From the IMG/VR virus record IMGVR_UViG_3300027770_000034: DNA of 27,395 nt; one strand, written 5' to 3'. A program made the position numbers and the translations under genes. Shown here piece after piece: positions 1-8,555 of the stretch. Source of the DNA: a virus. Lineage: Duplodnaviria; Heunggongvirae; Uroviricota; Caudoviricetes. The notes beneath the pieces were generated by a model. It made no database searches, was not told where the DNA came from, and saw only the letters and a list, made by a program, of their open reading frames with translations. Every line of letters starts with the position of its first letter. Position 1 is the first letter of the stretch.

Positions 1-2
1 TG

Positions 3-80
3 GATAGTGGAATTAAAGGAATGATGGACGAAAGAATAAGTTATAGAGATTTTTTACCAACAAATTACATAGTAGAATAA
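3..80 (+). CDS. 3' end of a CDS entering from outside the window (...DSGIKGMMDERISYRDFLPTNYIVE*)
   Basis: Open frame from the window edge to TAA at 78-80, which overlaps the next ATG (TAATG). Confidence 0.6.
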   Translation, partial: DSGIKGMMDERISYRDFLPTNYIVE

Positions 81-295
81 TGGACGCAACACAAATATTA
101 ACGGATAGGATTCAGCATGAAATAGACATGGATATTCTCAGACAGATTGGTGAGAAAGTTGGTGCTGATTTGACTAAAGAAATAGAACTCGCAGAAAAAA
201 AATTTAATAATAAGTTGGACCGTGCAGTAAACGGTATGACAAATAAATCAGTACATGGAACAAAAAGAATTAAAAGAATGGAAGGAACATCTTGA
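80..295 (+). CDS. hypothetical protein
   Basis: 71-aa ORF coupled to the upstream stop by TAATG; no recognisable motif. Confidence 0.65.
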   Translation: MDATQILTDRIQHEIDMDILRQIGEKVGADLTKEIELAEKKFNNKLDRAVNGMTNKSVHGTKRIKRMEGTS

Positions 296-473
296 CTACA
301 AAAAACGTAGGGGAAAACGTAGGTTTGTTCTATCGCCAGGAAATTATGGTTGCTCATTTATGAGTAAACATGGTTTCTATTTGGATTTATATGATGTTCA
401 GGAAAGATATAAACTTGGTGGTAATGACGCCATACATAAATTAAAAGATTATGGATATAGCAAACAAAGATAG
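255..473 (+). CDS. hypothetical basic protein
   Basis: 72-aa ORF in the gene chain; overlaps both neighbours. Confidence 0.55.
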   Translation: MEQKELKEWKEHLDYKKRRGKRRFVLSPGNYGCSFMSKHGFYLDLYDVQERYKLGGNDAIHKLKDYGYSKQR

Positions 474-666
474 ATTCCCCCACATATACGCCTTGGATTT
501 TTTGGGTGGAGATAAATCTGCTTTGGGTGAGGCCTATTATGAGGACCATGAAAAGGAATTGGAGAAAGAGTTTACTGAGATTATGAAAAATGTTATTGTC
601 AGAGATAATTTTGGTGGTAATAAAAAAATACATGGAACAACTAATATTGAAATTCATAACAGATAG
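451..666 (+). CDS. hypothetical protein
   Basis: 71-aa ORF; no motif. Confidence 0.55.
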   Translation: MDIANKDRFPHIYALDFLGGDKSALGEAYYEDHEKELEKEFTEIMKNVIVRDNFGGNKKIHGTTNIEIHNR

Positions 667-910
667 GTTTGGAAAATATAAAACTATGGTGCAGAATAAT
701 CACCTTATTTTGTATTGTGATGATTACTATGTTCTCGGTGCATTAATTTATGCCCGCAAACAATTTAATTATATGCAACATATTCAGGTTGCGATTATGG
801 ATATGTTTTGTCTTAGTGTGGAAGAAGTTGATTGGTATATGAAAAGATGGATTCTAAACAATTTTAATGAGGAAGTTCTTGATACTGATGGTGTATATGG
901 ACATCAGTAA
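632..910 (+). CDS. hypothetical protein, possibly a leaderless distant member of the small W-containing paralog family
   Basis: Start moved to MEQLILKF at 632 (A-rich context). C-terminal YMKRWILNNFN resembles the family's KWFNKxF tail. Confidence 0.6.
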   Translation: MEQLILKFITDRFGKYKTMVQNNHLILYCDDYYVLGALIYARKQFNYMQHIQVAIMDMFCLSVEEVDWYMKRWILNNFNEEVLDTDGVYGHQ

Positions 911-921
911 TATTTATTCAT

Positions 922-1167
922 ATGAATAATATTGAACAGGACGTTAAGGTATTGAAGAAGTTATTGAATAGTCCTTTATTTTTGGGTAAGTATTCCATTA
1001 TTAAAAGAGTATGGGTTGAGGAGTATGGTACTAATGTTATTGATATTGTTATGAGTGTTGAAGAACCTGCCAACGAATATTGGCCTATTAGAGAAGAGAT
1101 TAGGTCTTTTATTTGGAATATTGCAAAGATGTCAGGTGTTACATCCAGATTCAATATATACCCTTAA
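922..1167 (+). CDS. hypothetical protein
   Basis: 81-aa ORF preceded by TATTTATT at 911-918. Confidence 0.7.
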   Translation: MNNIEQDVKVLKKLLNSPLFLGKYSIIKRVWVEEYGTNVIDIVMSVEEPANEYWPIREEIRSFIWNIAKMSGVTSRFNIYP

Positions 1168-1211
1168 TATCTAAACAATGGTGTCGGTATATTTATAATA
1201 AACGAATTTAT

Positions 1212-2225
1212 ATGGGTAAAATAATAAGACTGACTGAATCTGAGTTAATTAGGTTGGTTAATCGTGTTCTTTTGGAAGAAGAAATGGAGGAAGGACTTCA
1301 TGACACATCATGGGAAAATGATGAGGGTGACAAAATAACCCTTATGGATTTATTAAATGCCACAGAAGATATACCTGTAGAAAAAATATCTGTAGAAGAA
1401 TTAAAACCACACCTATTAACTTGGGATGGTGATGAAAAAGAAGCCACCAAAATAGATAAGGCAGATTTACAATATCCAATCTTAATATTTGTTGAAGATG
1501 ATGGTTCTTTTATTTCAATAATTGACGGACATCACAGAGCACAAAAAGCAGTTAAAAATAAATTAAAAACTATTAAAGCTAAAGTAATACCAATTAATTC
1601 TCTACCCAAGAGTTTTAAAAAAGTTTTCGGTCACATGGGAAAACAAGAACAAAATGAAGGTGAAATGACCGAAGCCTGTTGGAAAGGTTATATTCAAAAA
1701 GGAATGAAGACAATGTTTGGAAAAAGATATCCAAACTGTGTGAAAAAAGAATCTGCAGGAGAAACTGATGAAGCTTCAAGTCCCGCGCAACAAGCGGCAA
1801 TTGCAATCAATATGAAGAAGAAGGGTAAAAAACCAAAGGTTATTGCCGTTACTGAAGAACAATTTGAAAGACTATTTGAATACAATGAAGAGATTCCCTC
1901 TTTAATGTATGAAGATGAGTTTGGTTCGGTTCAATCCATTGATTATAACAAAGAATTTATTAATGAAGCCGAATACCAAGGACGTAAGGTTCAACTGGGA
2001 AAGATTATGCAAGGTGATGTGAAGAAGTCCAAGGTATATGTTAAAAACGATAAGGGTAAGGTTGTTAAGGTTAATTTTGGGTTTGGTGGAAAATCTGCTC
2101 ATGGTAAAAGAATGACAATTAAGAAAAATAATCCTGCAAGAAGAAAATCTTTTAGAGCTAGAATGAATTGTGATAATCCTGGACCAAGATGGAAGCCACG
2201 TTATTGGGCATGTCGTACTTGGTAA
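1212..2225 (+). CDS. modular protein: LTE leader, ParB/Srx-like domain, CWKGY module, PAQQAAIAI module and C-terminal Cys/Trp basic module
   Basis: Likely start MGKIIRLTESEL at 1212 after TATTTATA (1190-1197). PILI...IIDGHHR is a ParB/sulfiredoxin-type motif. Later blocks are EACWKGY..NCVKK and KVYVKN..KVNFG..RKSFRARMNC..RYWACRTW. Confidence 0.8.
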   Translation: MGKIIRLTESELIRLVNRVLLEEEMEEGLHDTSWENDEGDKITLMDLLNATEDIPVEKISVEELKPHLLTWDGDEKEATKIDKADLQYPILIFVEDDGSFISIIDGHHRAQKAVKNKLKTIKAKVIPINSLPKSFKKVFGHMGKQEQNEGEMTEACWKGYIQKGMKTMFGKRYPNCVKKESAGETDEASSPAQQAAIAINMKKKGKKPKVIAVTEEQFERLFEYNEEIPSLMYEDEFGSVQSIDYNKEFINEAEYQGRKVQLGKIMQGDVKKSKVYVKNDKGKVVKVNFGFGGKSAHGKRMTIKKNNPARRKSFRARMNCDNPGPRWKPRYWACRTW

Positions 2226-2235
2226 ATAATATTTG

Positions 2236-2263
2236 AACCCCTCCCTTTAAGGTGGGGTTTTTT
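2236..2263 (+). terminator. intrinsic terminator
   Basis: AACCCC..GGGGTT stem followed by a T tract, just after the stop at 2225. Confidence 0.8.
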
Positions 2264-2285
2264 ATTTTTATTTGTATTTATTATT

Positions 2286-3278
2286 ATGCCAAATGTAATT
2301 GCATCCGCAACAACCGTATCTAATGGAACACTAAAAAGAAATAACTTTTTAATTGGTGTTGATACATCAGTACAATATGGACCAACTTCCGCAACCACTT
2401 TTTGGAATGGGATAGTACCTCCAACTAGTGGATATACAGTATATGCTCAAAAAGTATTACAAGGACCAAGTATTAGGACTGCAGCTAACGATTCTGAACT
2501 AATAATAATTGCAAAACAATACGGTGGAACAAACATTACGACAGTTTATGATGCGTTGAGTTACTTAAATAGTCAAACAAATTTTATGGTAACTAACATT
2601 GATTACCCAAGTATTGTAACGAGTGGGTTAACTTATTTATTGGATGGTGGATTTATTCCATCATATCCAAGAACTGGTACAACATGGAGTGATTTAAGCG
2701 GTAATGGAAATTCCACAAGTCTTGTTAACGGACCTACATTTAATTCCTCCAACGATGGTAGTATTGTGTTTGATGGGGTAAATGAATATGGATTAACCCC
2801 AAATTTATTAAATCCAACAACATTTCCAAATGAATCTGTATTTGTTTGGTTTTATCCTACCTCAGCAGGACAAATTGTGTCTGAATTGGGTCAGGCGGCA
2901 ATAAACACATTATGGCATGATTCCAATATTGAAATTAGTTCAGGTGGGTTGATTAGTTTTGCAACTTGGGGTGGTAATCTTACCAATAAAGTTGTTTCCA
3001 CTGCTAAGAGTTTTAATACTTGGTATAATTTAGGATTTACATATTCAGGAACAACTCTCACCGCGTATATTAATGGTTCAAGTATTGGAACTGCAACACT
3101 TACAAGACAAACAACAACAGCTCTATACTTTGGACTTTGTGCTATAAGTATTACAAATATGGGTACCGAAGGATATGCAGGAGGAAGAATGGGAAATTTT
3201 ATGTTTTATAACAGGGGATTATCTTCAACAGAAGTTTTACAAAACTATAATGCTCAAAAAACCAGATTTGGATTATAA
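2286..3278 (+). CDS. LamG/concanavalin-A-like domain protein, probable virion surface or fibre protein
   Basis: LDGG..SYPRTGTTWSDLSGNGN, FDGVNEY and FYNRGLSSTEVLQNYNA are typical of phage LamG-like proteins; Thr/Ser/Gly-rich. Confidence 0.75.
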   Translation: MPNVIASATTVSNGTLKRNNFLIGVDTSVQYGPTSATTFWNGIVPPTSGYTVYAQKVLQGPSIRTAANDSELIIIAKQYGGTNITTVYDALSYLNSQTNFMVTNIDYPSIVTSGLTYLLDGGFIPSYPRTGTTWSDLSGNGNSTSLVNGPTFNSSNDGSIVFDGVNEYGLTPNLLNPTTFPNESVFVWFYPTSAGQIVSELGQAAINTLWHDSNIEISSGGLISFATWGGNLTNKVVSTAKSFNTWYNLGFTYSGTTLTAYINGSSIGTATLTRQTTTALYFGLCAISITNMGTEGYAGGRMGNFMFYNRGLSSTEVLQNYNAQKTRFGL

Positions 3279-3283
3279 CAATT

Positions 3284-3559
3284 ATGAAAATTATTATAAC
3301 TGAACAACAAAAAAGAACAATTATGAATAAAAGTGATTGGAAAGAAGGTAACAATAAGCTTACCAAAACATATTATTTTAAAGATTACAAAGAAGTTATG
3401 CCATTTGTTAATTCGGTAATGAAAATTGCCGATAAACAAAATCATCATCCTGATATGACCGTTCACTATGATAATGTGAAATTATCTATTACTGACCACG
3501 ATAAAGGTGGTGTTTCTGAGAAATGTCATAAATTTGTGAATGCTGTAGATAAATTATAA
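3284..3559 (+). CDS. phhB: pterin-4-alpha-carbinolamine dehydratase (PCD/DCoH family) with a 13-aa ITE leader
   Basis: W..L.KTY.FKDY..F...V..IADKQNHHPD and TDHD motifs; leader MKIIITEQQKRTI precedes an internal Met. Confidence 0.85.
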   Translation: MKIIITEQQKRTIMNKSDWKEGNNKLTKTYYFKDYKEVMPFVNSVMKIADKQNHHPDMTVHYDNVKLSITDHDKGGVSEKCHKFVNAVDKL

Positions 3560-4427
3560 AAAATAGTATTTATTTCTATGCCAACATTAATTATTAAATC
3601 AGGAACAACCGCAATTGCGGGAGCAACCGTTAAAGGTAGTTTTAGTTATTTCTCAGCGAATACTACAACAGATTTGGGACCAACAAGTTCAACAGGATTT
3701 TATTCGGGTGTTGATGCACCGTCAGGAGGATATACAGTTTATCAAATTGGTGGTTTAAATGGATGGACTGCGAGAGTTGCAACCGATGACGCAAGTTTAA
3801 ACTCAATTTTAATTTCTGCTGGTGCAACTGGTTCTACGGTAGACCAAAGAATTACTTGGGCAACAAATACAAATTCAATTTTTATTAATAGCGGTACAAC
3901 ATTACCAATAACACCAACTCCAACAGGAACGATAGCGGTAACTCCAACGCCTACTCCAACTCCGACACCAGGTGGAGGTTGGTTCTTCTTTTTCGCTAAT
4001 GGTGCAACTGTAACAAGAGCACCAAATAACAGTGGTGAAACAGCGTTTTATGATGGTTTAGGTAAAACAGTGTACAATCCAAACTATACTGGTGGAACAT
4101 TAAACTTAAGCTTTAATAATATTAATACAGCTGGAACAAGTTACGCGTCACAATTCACAACATTAGATAATTCGGGCGGAACAATAACAATAAGTCAAGG
4201 AAGCAGTACAGCGATTTACTCAGGAACTTCCGCAGATTATGTTGGAACTGCTAGTTTAATTCGTCTTGTGGTGACTAGGTCGGCACAAATGATTCAATCA
4301 GCATCAACACAATTTGTTTCAGGAACATCAATCAATGTTGTAGTATCTTAGTGATGTTTTAGATGTTTTACTATTTATAATAAAAAAGAAAAATGCCATA
4401 AATTCGTGAATGCTGTAGATAAATTAT
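3521..4427 (+). repeat. 37-bp direct repeat (3521-3557 and 4391-4427, 2 mismatches) duplicating the 3' end of the PCD gene
   Basis: aaatgtcataaatttgtgaatgctgtagataaattat vs aaatgccataaattcgtgaatgctgtagataaattat; both encode KCHKFVNAVDKL. Confidence 0.9.
3578..4351 (+). CDS. Thr/Ser/Gly-rich probable virion surface protein with a Pro-Thr linker
   Basis: N-terminal module GPTSSTGFYSG..P.GGYTVY matches 2286..3278; PT repeats at about 3911-3970; TATTTATT at 3567-3574. Confidence 0.7.
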   Translation: MPTLIIKSGTTAIAGATVKGSFSYFSANTTTDLGPTSSTGFYSGVDAPSGGYTVYQIGGLNGWTARVATDDASLNSILISAGATGSTVDQRITWATNTNSIFINSGTTLPITPTPTGTIAVTPTPTPTPTPGGGWFFFFANGATVTRAPNNSGETAFYDGLGKTVYNPNYTGGTLNLSFNNINTAGTSYASQFTTLDNSGGTITISQGSSTAIYSGTSADYVGTASLIRLVVTRSAQMIQSASTQFVSGTSINVVVS

Positions 4428-4830
4428 GAGTTGGAGCGAAGAATATAAGGAATCAGAAATAGTTGAGGACTATACTAGAGTATTATCCAAAATTTGGGAT
4501 AACCTTATGCCAACAACATATCCACATGTTTTGGAATTCAAAACCAATAAAGCTGTTGAGGTTTATAAAATTAAAAAGATGGGTCCCTATCATATGAATG
4601 AAAGATTTATTGATTATGATTGTTATGTTTTGATTGATAACGAGCCTTTGGTTAAAATTGGTTGGAATGGTAATGGTGACATATCAGAAAAAATGTCCGA
4701 TAAAGCATATGGTGAGTTATACTTCCATGATATGAGAAGTAAAATGGTTGAGTTGTCAAAATATGCTGGACTCAAAATAAATTCATCATTTGATTTCGGT
4801 GGTAACTTGGATGCAAACGTTAAAGATTAA
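4426..4830 (+). CDS. hypothetical protein
   Basis: 134-aa ORF; its ATG overlaps the TGA of the duplicated PCD tail (ATGA). Confidence 0.7.
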   Translation: MSWSEEYKESEIVEDYTRVLSKIWDNLMPTTYPHVLEFKTNKAVEVYKIKKMGPYHMNERFIDYDCYVLIDNEPLVKIGWNGNGDISEKMSDKAYGELYFHDMRSKMVELSKYAGLKINSSFDFGGNLDANVKD

Positions 4831-4832
4831 TG

Positions 4833-5186
4833 ATGAAATATCTTATTACAGAAAATAGATTGGAGAGTTTTATAACTTCCGTATTTGATAAGGACCTTAC
4901 TCCTGTAGGTGGATGGTGGTCTCATTCAAAAATCAAAAGAGAATTGAGAGGGTTTGAGGATGCTTTCCCCATTTATTATGATAAAGATTTTTATACTGAC
5001 TTGGCAGATAATGATTCCACCAAGTTTATGAATTATTTAAAGAAAGATGAAATTGTTGAACTTGAAGACCAATTGTATTACAAGTATGAAAGTATGTTTG
5101 AGGACTTATGGAAACCAGTATTTCTTAAATGGTTCAATCAACATTCGGGTCTTCCCATAGACCGTGTTCAATACGGATATTATTAA
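4833..5186 (+). CDS. ITE-leader small paralog-family protein
   Basis: MKYLITENRL start (MM from 4830 also possible); C-terminal FLKWFNQHSGLPI. Confidence 0.75.
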   Translation: MKYLITENRLESFITSVFDKDLTPVGGWWSHSKIKRELRGFEDAFPIYYDKDFYTDLADNDSTKFMNYLKKDEIVELEDQLYYKYESMFEDLWKPVFLKWFNQHSGLPIDRVQYGYY

Positions 5187-5196
5187 TGAGACACTC

Positions 5197-5219
5197 ACCC
5201 CCACAAAGGTGGGTTTTTT
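5197..5219 (+). terminator. intrinsic terminator
   Basis: ACCCCCACAAAGGTGGGT followed by a T tract. Confidence 0.7.
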
Positions 5220-5262
5220 ATTTTAAAATTGTTAGTATTTATTAAAAAAATACAAATTTTTA

Positions 5263-5655
5263 ATGGAAAAATTCACTCCATACCACCAACATCTGCTAGT
5301 TAAGTGTTGGGTTACAAATCCTCCTAAGAAAGAAGGGTTATTGAATGATTGGTTTACAAATTTAGTTGAGACTGTTGGGATGAAAGTCGTTGCAGGACCA
5401 ACAAGTGTTTATATCTCAGATTTAGGAAATGAGGGTCTTACAGGCACGGTTACTTTGGCTACGTCTCACGCGTCAGTTCACATATGGGATACTTTGGAAT
5501 TACCTATGGTTCAGTTTGACATTTATAGTTGTAAAGAGTTTGCTCTTGAACAAGTGATGGGTTGTTTCAGTGAGTGGGGTCTTGTGAAAGCAGAATGGGT
5601 TATGATTGATAGAAATGACCGACCATCCATAGTATCTGAAGGAATTTGGGAGTAA
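5263..5655 (+). CDS. speD: pyruvoyl-dependent S-adenosylmethionine decarboxylase-family proenzyme
   Basis: HLLV..., GLTGTVTLATSHASVHIW and FDIYSC match class 1B AdoMetDC; the cleavage site is Thr-Ser rather than the usual Glu-Ser. Confidence 0.75.
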   Translation: MEKFTPYHQHLLVKCWVTNPPKKEGLLNDWFTNLVETVGMKVVAGPTSVYISDLGNEGLTGTVTLATSHASVHIWDTLELPMVQFDIYSCKEFALEQVMGCFSEWGLVKAEWVMIDRNDRPSIVSEGIWE

Positions 5656-5675
5656 TCCACTTATATTTATAGTTA

Positions 5676-6044
5676 ATGAAATACATTATTACAGAATCAC
5701 AAATTAATAAATTGGTGTTCCTTTATTTGGATTCACAAGATTGGCATACGTGGGATATTGGTGACGGTGAGTTTAATGTTGCCGATGGACAATACGGTAA
5801 AGATGTAATGAAATTTAGAATTCAACAGTCAAGTAGAGTTTCTGACCATGAATTTAATGTGATATATATTAGTGATGATTTGGTTACAAAAATTAGCGAA
5901 TTATTTTCAATATCCTCAAAAAAATCCATCGGAGCAATAATTGATTGGTTTAACCAAAAGTATGATAAAAATTTAACCATGGATGATTTTGAATGGATGC
6001 CAAGTAGTGATACCTATTACGATGATGAAGAAGAAAATAATTAA
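5676..6044 (+). CDS. ITE-leader small paralog-family protein
   Basis: MKYIITESQINKLV; IIDWFNQKY; TATTTATA at 5664-5671. Confidence 0.8.
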   Translation: MKYIITESQINKLVFLYLDSQDWHTWDIGDGEFNVADGQYGKDVMKFRIQQSSRVSDHEFNVIYISDDLVTKISELFSISSKKSIGAIIDWFNQKYDKNLTMDDFEWMPSSDTYYDDEEENN

Positions 6045-6047
6045 TTA

Positions 6048-6362
6048 ATGAAATACATTATAACAGAAAATAGAATGTTAGGGTTGGTTGACAAAATGGT
6101 TAAACAAGTTTGTCCTAAGTTTAATTATCGTGATACTAGTATTGCAACTTACAGCGGAGGAGACGATACGTTTTTAGAATATTATTCCGCAGATAATCCA
6201 GGAAAAACTTTTGCCAAGTATTATGTTTGGACAAATGAGTTACGACTTAATCGTGAATTATTTCATAAATTGGAGGATTATTTTGGAGAAGAAAAGATGT
6301 CATTTATTCTTGATTGGTTTAATAAAGAATTTAGCCAAGATGCTGACCATATAACACTTTAA
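6048..6362 (+). CDS. ITE-leader small paralog-family protein
   Basis: MKYIITENRM; FILDWFNKEF. Confidence 0.8.
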   Translation: MKYIITENRMLGLVDKMVKQVCPKFNYRDTSIATYSGGDDTFLEYYSADNPGKTFAKYYVWTNELRLNRELFHKLEDYFGEEKMSFILDWFNKEFSQDADHITL

Positions 6363-6364
6363 CT

Positions 6365-6664
6365 ATGAAATACATAATAACGGAAAGTAAATTAGATATG
6401 TTAATGACCGATTATTTGAATACTTGGGTAGGCTCAAGAAAATTAATTGAATTTGACAGGTTTATTGTGCTTGAAGACCCTTACGGAGAAGAAGAAAATG
6501 ATGTTGATATGGAATATGACGGTGAAGATGGTAGATTATGGGTTAGACAAGAACTTTTTGATACATTAGTAGATTTATTTGGTAAAGGTGAAAATGAAAC
6601 ATTAGACTTTATCGGAAAGTATTTTGAATATAAATTTGGAGTTCAAGTTGTTAAAGTAGAGTAA
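6365..6664 (+). CDS. ITE-leader small paralog-family protein
   Basis: MKYIITESKL; FIGKYFEYKFGVQV. Confidence 0.8.
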   Translation: MKYIITESKLDMLMTDYLNTWVGSRKLIEFDRFIVLEDPYGEEENDVDMEYDGEDGRLWVRQELFDTLVDLFGKGENETLDFIGKYFEYKFGVQVVKVE

Positions 6665-6976
6665 ATGAAATATATTATAACAGAAAATAGATTGGTTGAT
6701 ATAGTTGACAAGTATCTTGAAGATAGTATTGGAAGACTTAGAAAATTTCCTCTTGACCATATAAATGCCAGAGAAGATGACTTTGAACTTGCCGATGATA
6801 GTGGAGAAACAATTTTTACTTATTTTGATTATGGGTTAGGCGTTGAAGAAAATCTATACACTAAAATGATGTCGTTATTCAATTTGAATCATAAGGAATT
6901 AGAAAAACTTTTGGAAAAATGGTTCACTAAACATTATGATGGTATGGTACTTAACATATATCCAATTATAGAATAA
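6665..6976 (+). CDS. ITE-leader small paralog-family protein
   Basis: MKYIITENRL; LLEKWFTKHY. Confidence 0.8.
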   Translation: MKYIITENRLVDIVDKYLEDSIGRLRKFPLDHINAREDDFELADDSGETIFTYFDYGLGVEENLYTKMMSLFNLNHKELEKLLEKWFTKHYDGMVLNIYPIIE

Positions 6977-7024
6977 ACCTGAAATTATCAGATAATAATG
7001 ATATTTATATAAAAAACAAAAAAT

Positions 7025-7315
7025 ATGGCAACATTAAATTTTACAGTAGCATATTCAAGTACATTATTAGGTCTTGAAGGTCAAGTACCATCAATTACAG
7101 TTTATGCTGAAGATTTAGGAAATTGTGCACCTTGTGTTGAGGTAACAAATAGTTGTTGGGCATGTTTAACTACATCTCAACAAGTATTTAACGACGAGGC
7201 ATTAGATTCTCCTGTTGCTGACGGATATTATCTTGTAAAGTATACAAGTGAATCAGACCCAGCAATATGGCACATTCAAGGTGGATTCCCTCAAACAGAA
7301 GGATTTTTTAATTAA
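7025..7315 (+). CDS. hypothetical protein with two CxxC pairs, possibly structural
   Basis: CAPC and CWAC; own TATTTATA (7002-7009) and own terminator. Confidence 0.7.
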   Translation: MATLNFTVAYSSTLLGLEGQVPSITVYAEDLGNCAPCVEVTNSCWACLTTSQQVFNDEALDSPVADGYYLVKYTSESDPAIWHIQGGFPQTEGFFN

Positions 7316-7337
7316 AATATTCCCCCTTAAAATTATT

Positions 7338-7366
7338 AACCCCATCTCACAAGGTGGGGTTTTTTT
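7338..7366 (+). terminator. intrinsic terminator
   Basis: AACCCCATC-TCACAA-GGTGGGGTT followed by a T tract. Confidence 0.85.
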
Positions 7367-7379
7367 GTGTGTGATTTAT

Positions 7380-7410
7380 TTTGATTATTAAATTTAATTT
7401 GTTATGTTTG
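7380..7410 (+). promoter_or_regulatory. Bacteroidota-type housekeeping promoter
   Basis: TTTG (7380-7383), 19-nt spacer, TATGTTTG (7403-7410); ATG only 4 nt downstream. Confidence 0.6.
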
Positions 7411-7414
7411 TTAT

Positions 7415-7645
7415 ATGGAAAAAAATATCACAATCAATGAGATTGACTATATGGTTACGGATGAAGAAAGGATTGACCAGTCTGATGAACTTATATTTGA
7501 AATAAGAGAAAGAAGAGATTCTGAGCACACTTATGTAATAGGAATGTGGGACGATTTGTTAGGTTCACCAATCCAAAAAGTTTGGAAGATATTAGGAAAG
7601 AAATTACAACATGATGAATATTATGATATTGGTGGTAGTGAATAA
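7415..7645 (+). CDS. hypothetical acidic protein
   Basis: 76-aa ORF between a host-type promoter and a terminator. Confidence 0.7.
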   Translation: MEKNITINEIDYMVTDEERIDQSDELIFEIRERRDSEHTYVIGMWDDLLGSPIQKVWKILGKKLQHDEYYDIGGSE

Positions 7646-7650
7646 TACTT

Positions 7651-7676
7651 AACCCCTCCTTTGTGAGGGGTTTTTT
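7651..7676 (+). terminator. intrinsic terminator
   Basis: AACCCCTC-CTTTGT-GAGGGGTT followed by a T tract. Confidence 0.85.
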
Positions 7677-7699
7677 ATTTTCATTGGTATTTATATTAG

Positions 7700-8554
7700 A
7701 TGAAAAAAACGTTAACACTTACTGAAGAAAGAATCCAAAAAATTGTTTCTATTGTTAAAGAAGCAATCAATGATTATGCTGATGAAGATTATCTTGAAGC
7801 ATTTCTCATTACTTTCAGACAATGGATAACAGAAAAATTGGGTGACGAATCCAAAAAATATCCTCTATCTCTTCTTTTGAACAAATACGGAAACGAATTT
7901 GAAGACTCTATTGGTGTTAAGGATTCGTATTATGGTTACGATGATGATGCAACATATAGTCCTTATAGATTAAAAAGAGTTGCAAGAGATTTAGTAAAAA
8001 AAGGAAAATATGTTTTACCAAATCTAAGAGCGGAAGAAAAGTTCACAGAAAAGTATCAAAAAGTTATATCACACTTTTTAAAACAAATAGAAATTCCTGA
8101 TTATGTTACAGTAAAATTAAAAGAGGATAAACCTAATGAGATTACAATAGGAGCTGACGTTGATTTTCCAACGATGATTAAGCAACCAAAATATAAAAAT
8201 ATTAATATTAGTAATATACAACGTAAGTTGACAGAATATTTGGAAAGTTATTGTGGTGTTGAGTTTGGTAATCCAACATATGGAAAGGTATACATGACTA
8301 ACGATAAATTAAATTTTGTTGGGCTTGACGAGTGGGTTAAAAATGTTTTAAATAAAAAAATTAAGAAGGATATAAAAGCAATTGCGCCAAACCTTATACA
8401 TGCAATTAGATTTGAGGCGTATGGTGGAAAGGCAACCTTGAAGATTATTTTTAAAGATTCAGGATGGGGACGTAGAAATGATGCAATGAAAAAAATTAGA
8501 GAATACACTCAAAGCGAGGGATATAGTCCTGATGTTTTAGTGGTAGAATATTAA
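7700..8554 (+). CDS. LTE-leader hypothetical protein
   Basis: MKKTLTLTEERIQKIV; TATTTATA at 7688-7695. Confidence 0.8.
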   Translation: MKKTLTLTEERIQKIVSIVKEAINDYADEDYLEAFLITFRQWITEKLGDESKKYPLSLLLNKYGNEFEDSIGVKDSYYGYDDDATYSPYRLKRVARDLVKKGKYVLPNLRAEEKFTEKYQKVISHFLKQIEIPDYVTVKLKEDKPNEITIGADVDFPTMIKQPKYKNINISNIQRKLTEYLESYCGVEFGNPTYGKVYMTNDKLNFVGLDEWVKNVLNKKIKKDIKAIAPNLIHAIRFEAYGGKATLKIIFKDSGWGRRNDAMKKIREYTQSEGYSPDVLVVEY

Positions 8555-8555
8555 T

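Noticed and set aside
251-648. Repeated CATGGAACAA at 254 and 631 giving HGT in two upstream ORF tails
   Set aside because: Explained by two genes both starting MEQ and overlapping the preceding ORF; too short to imply more.
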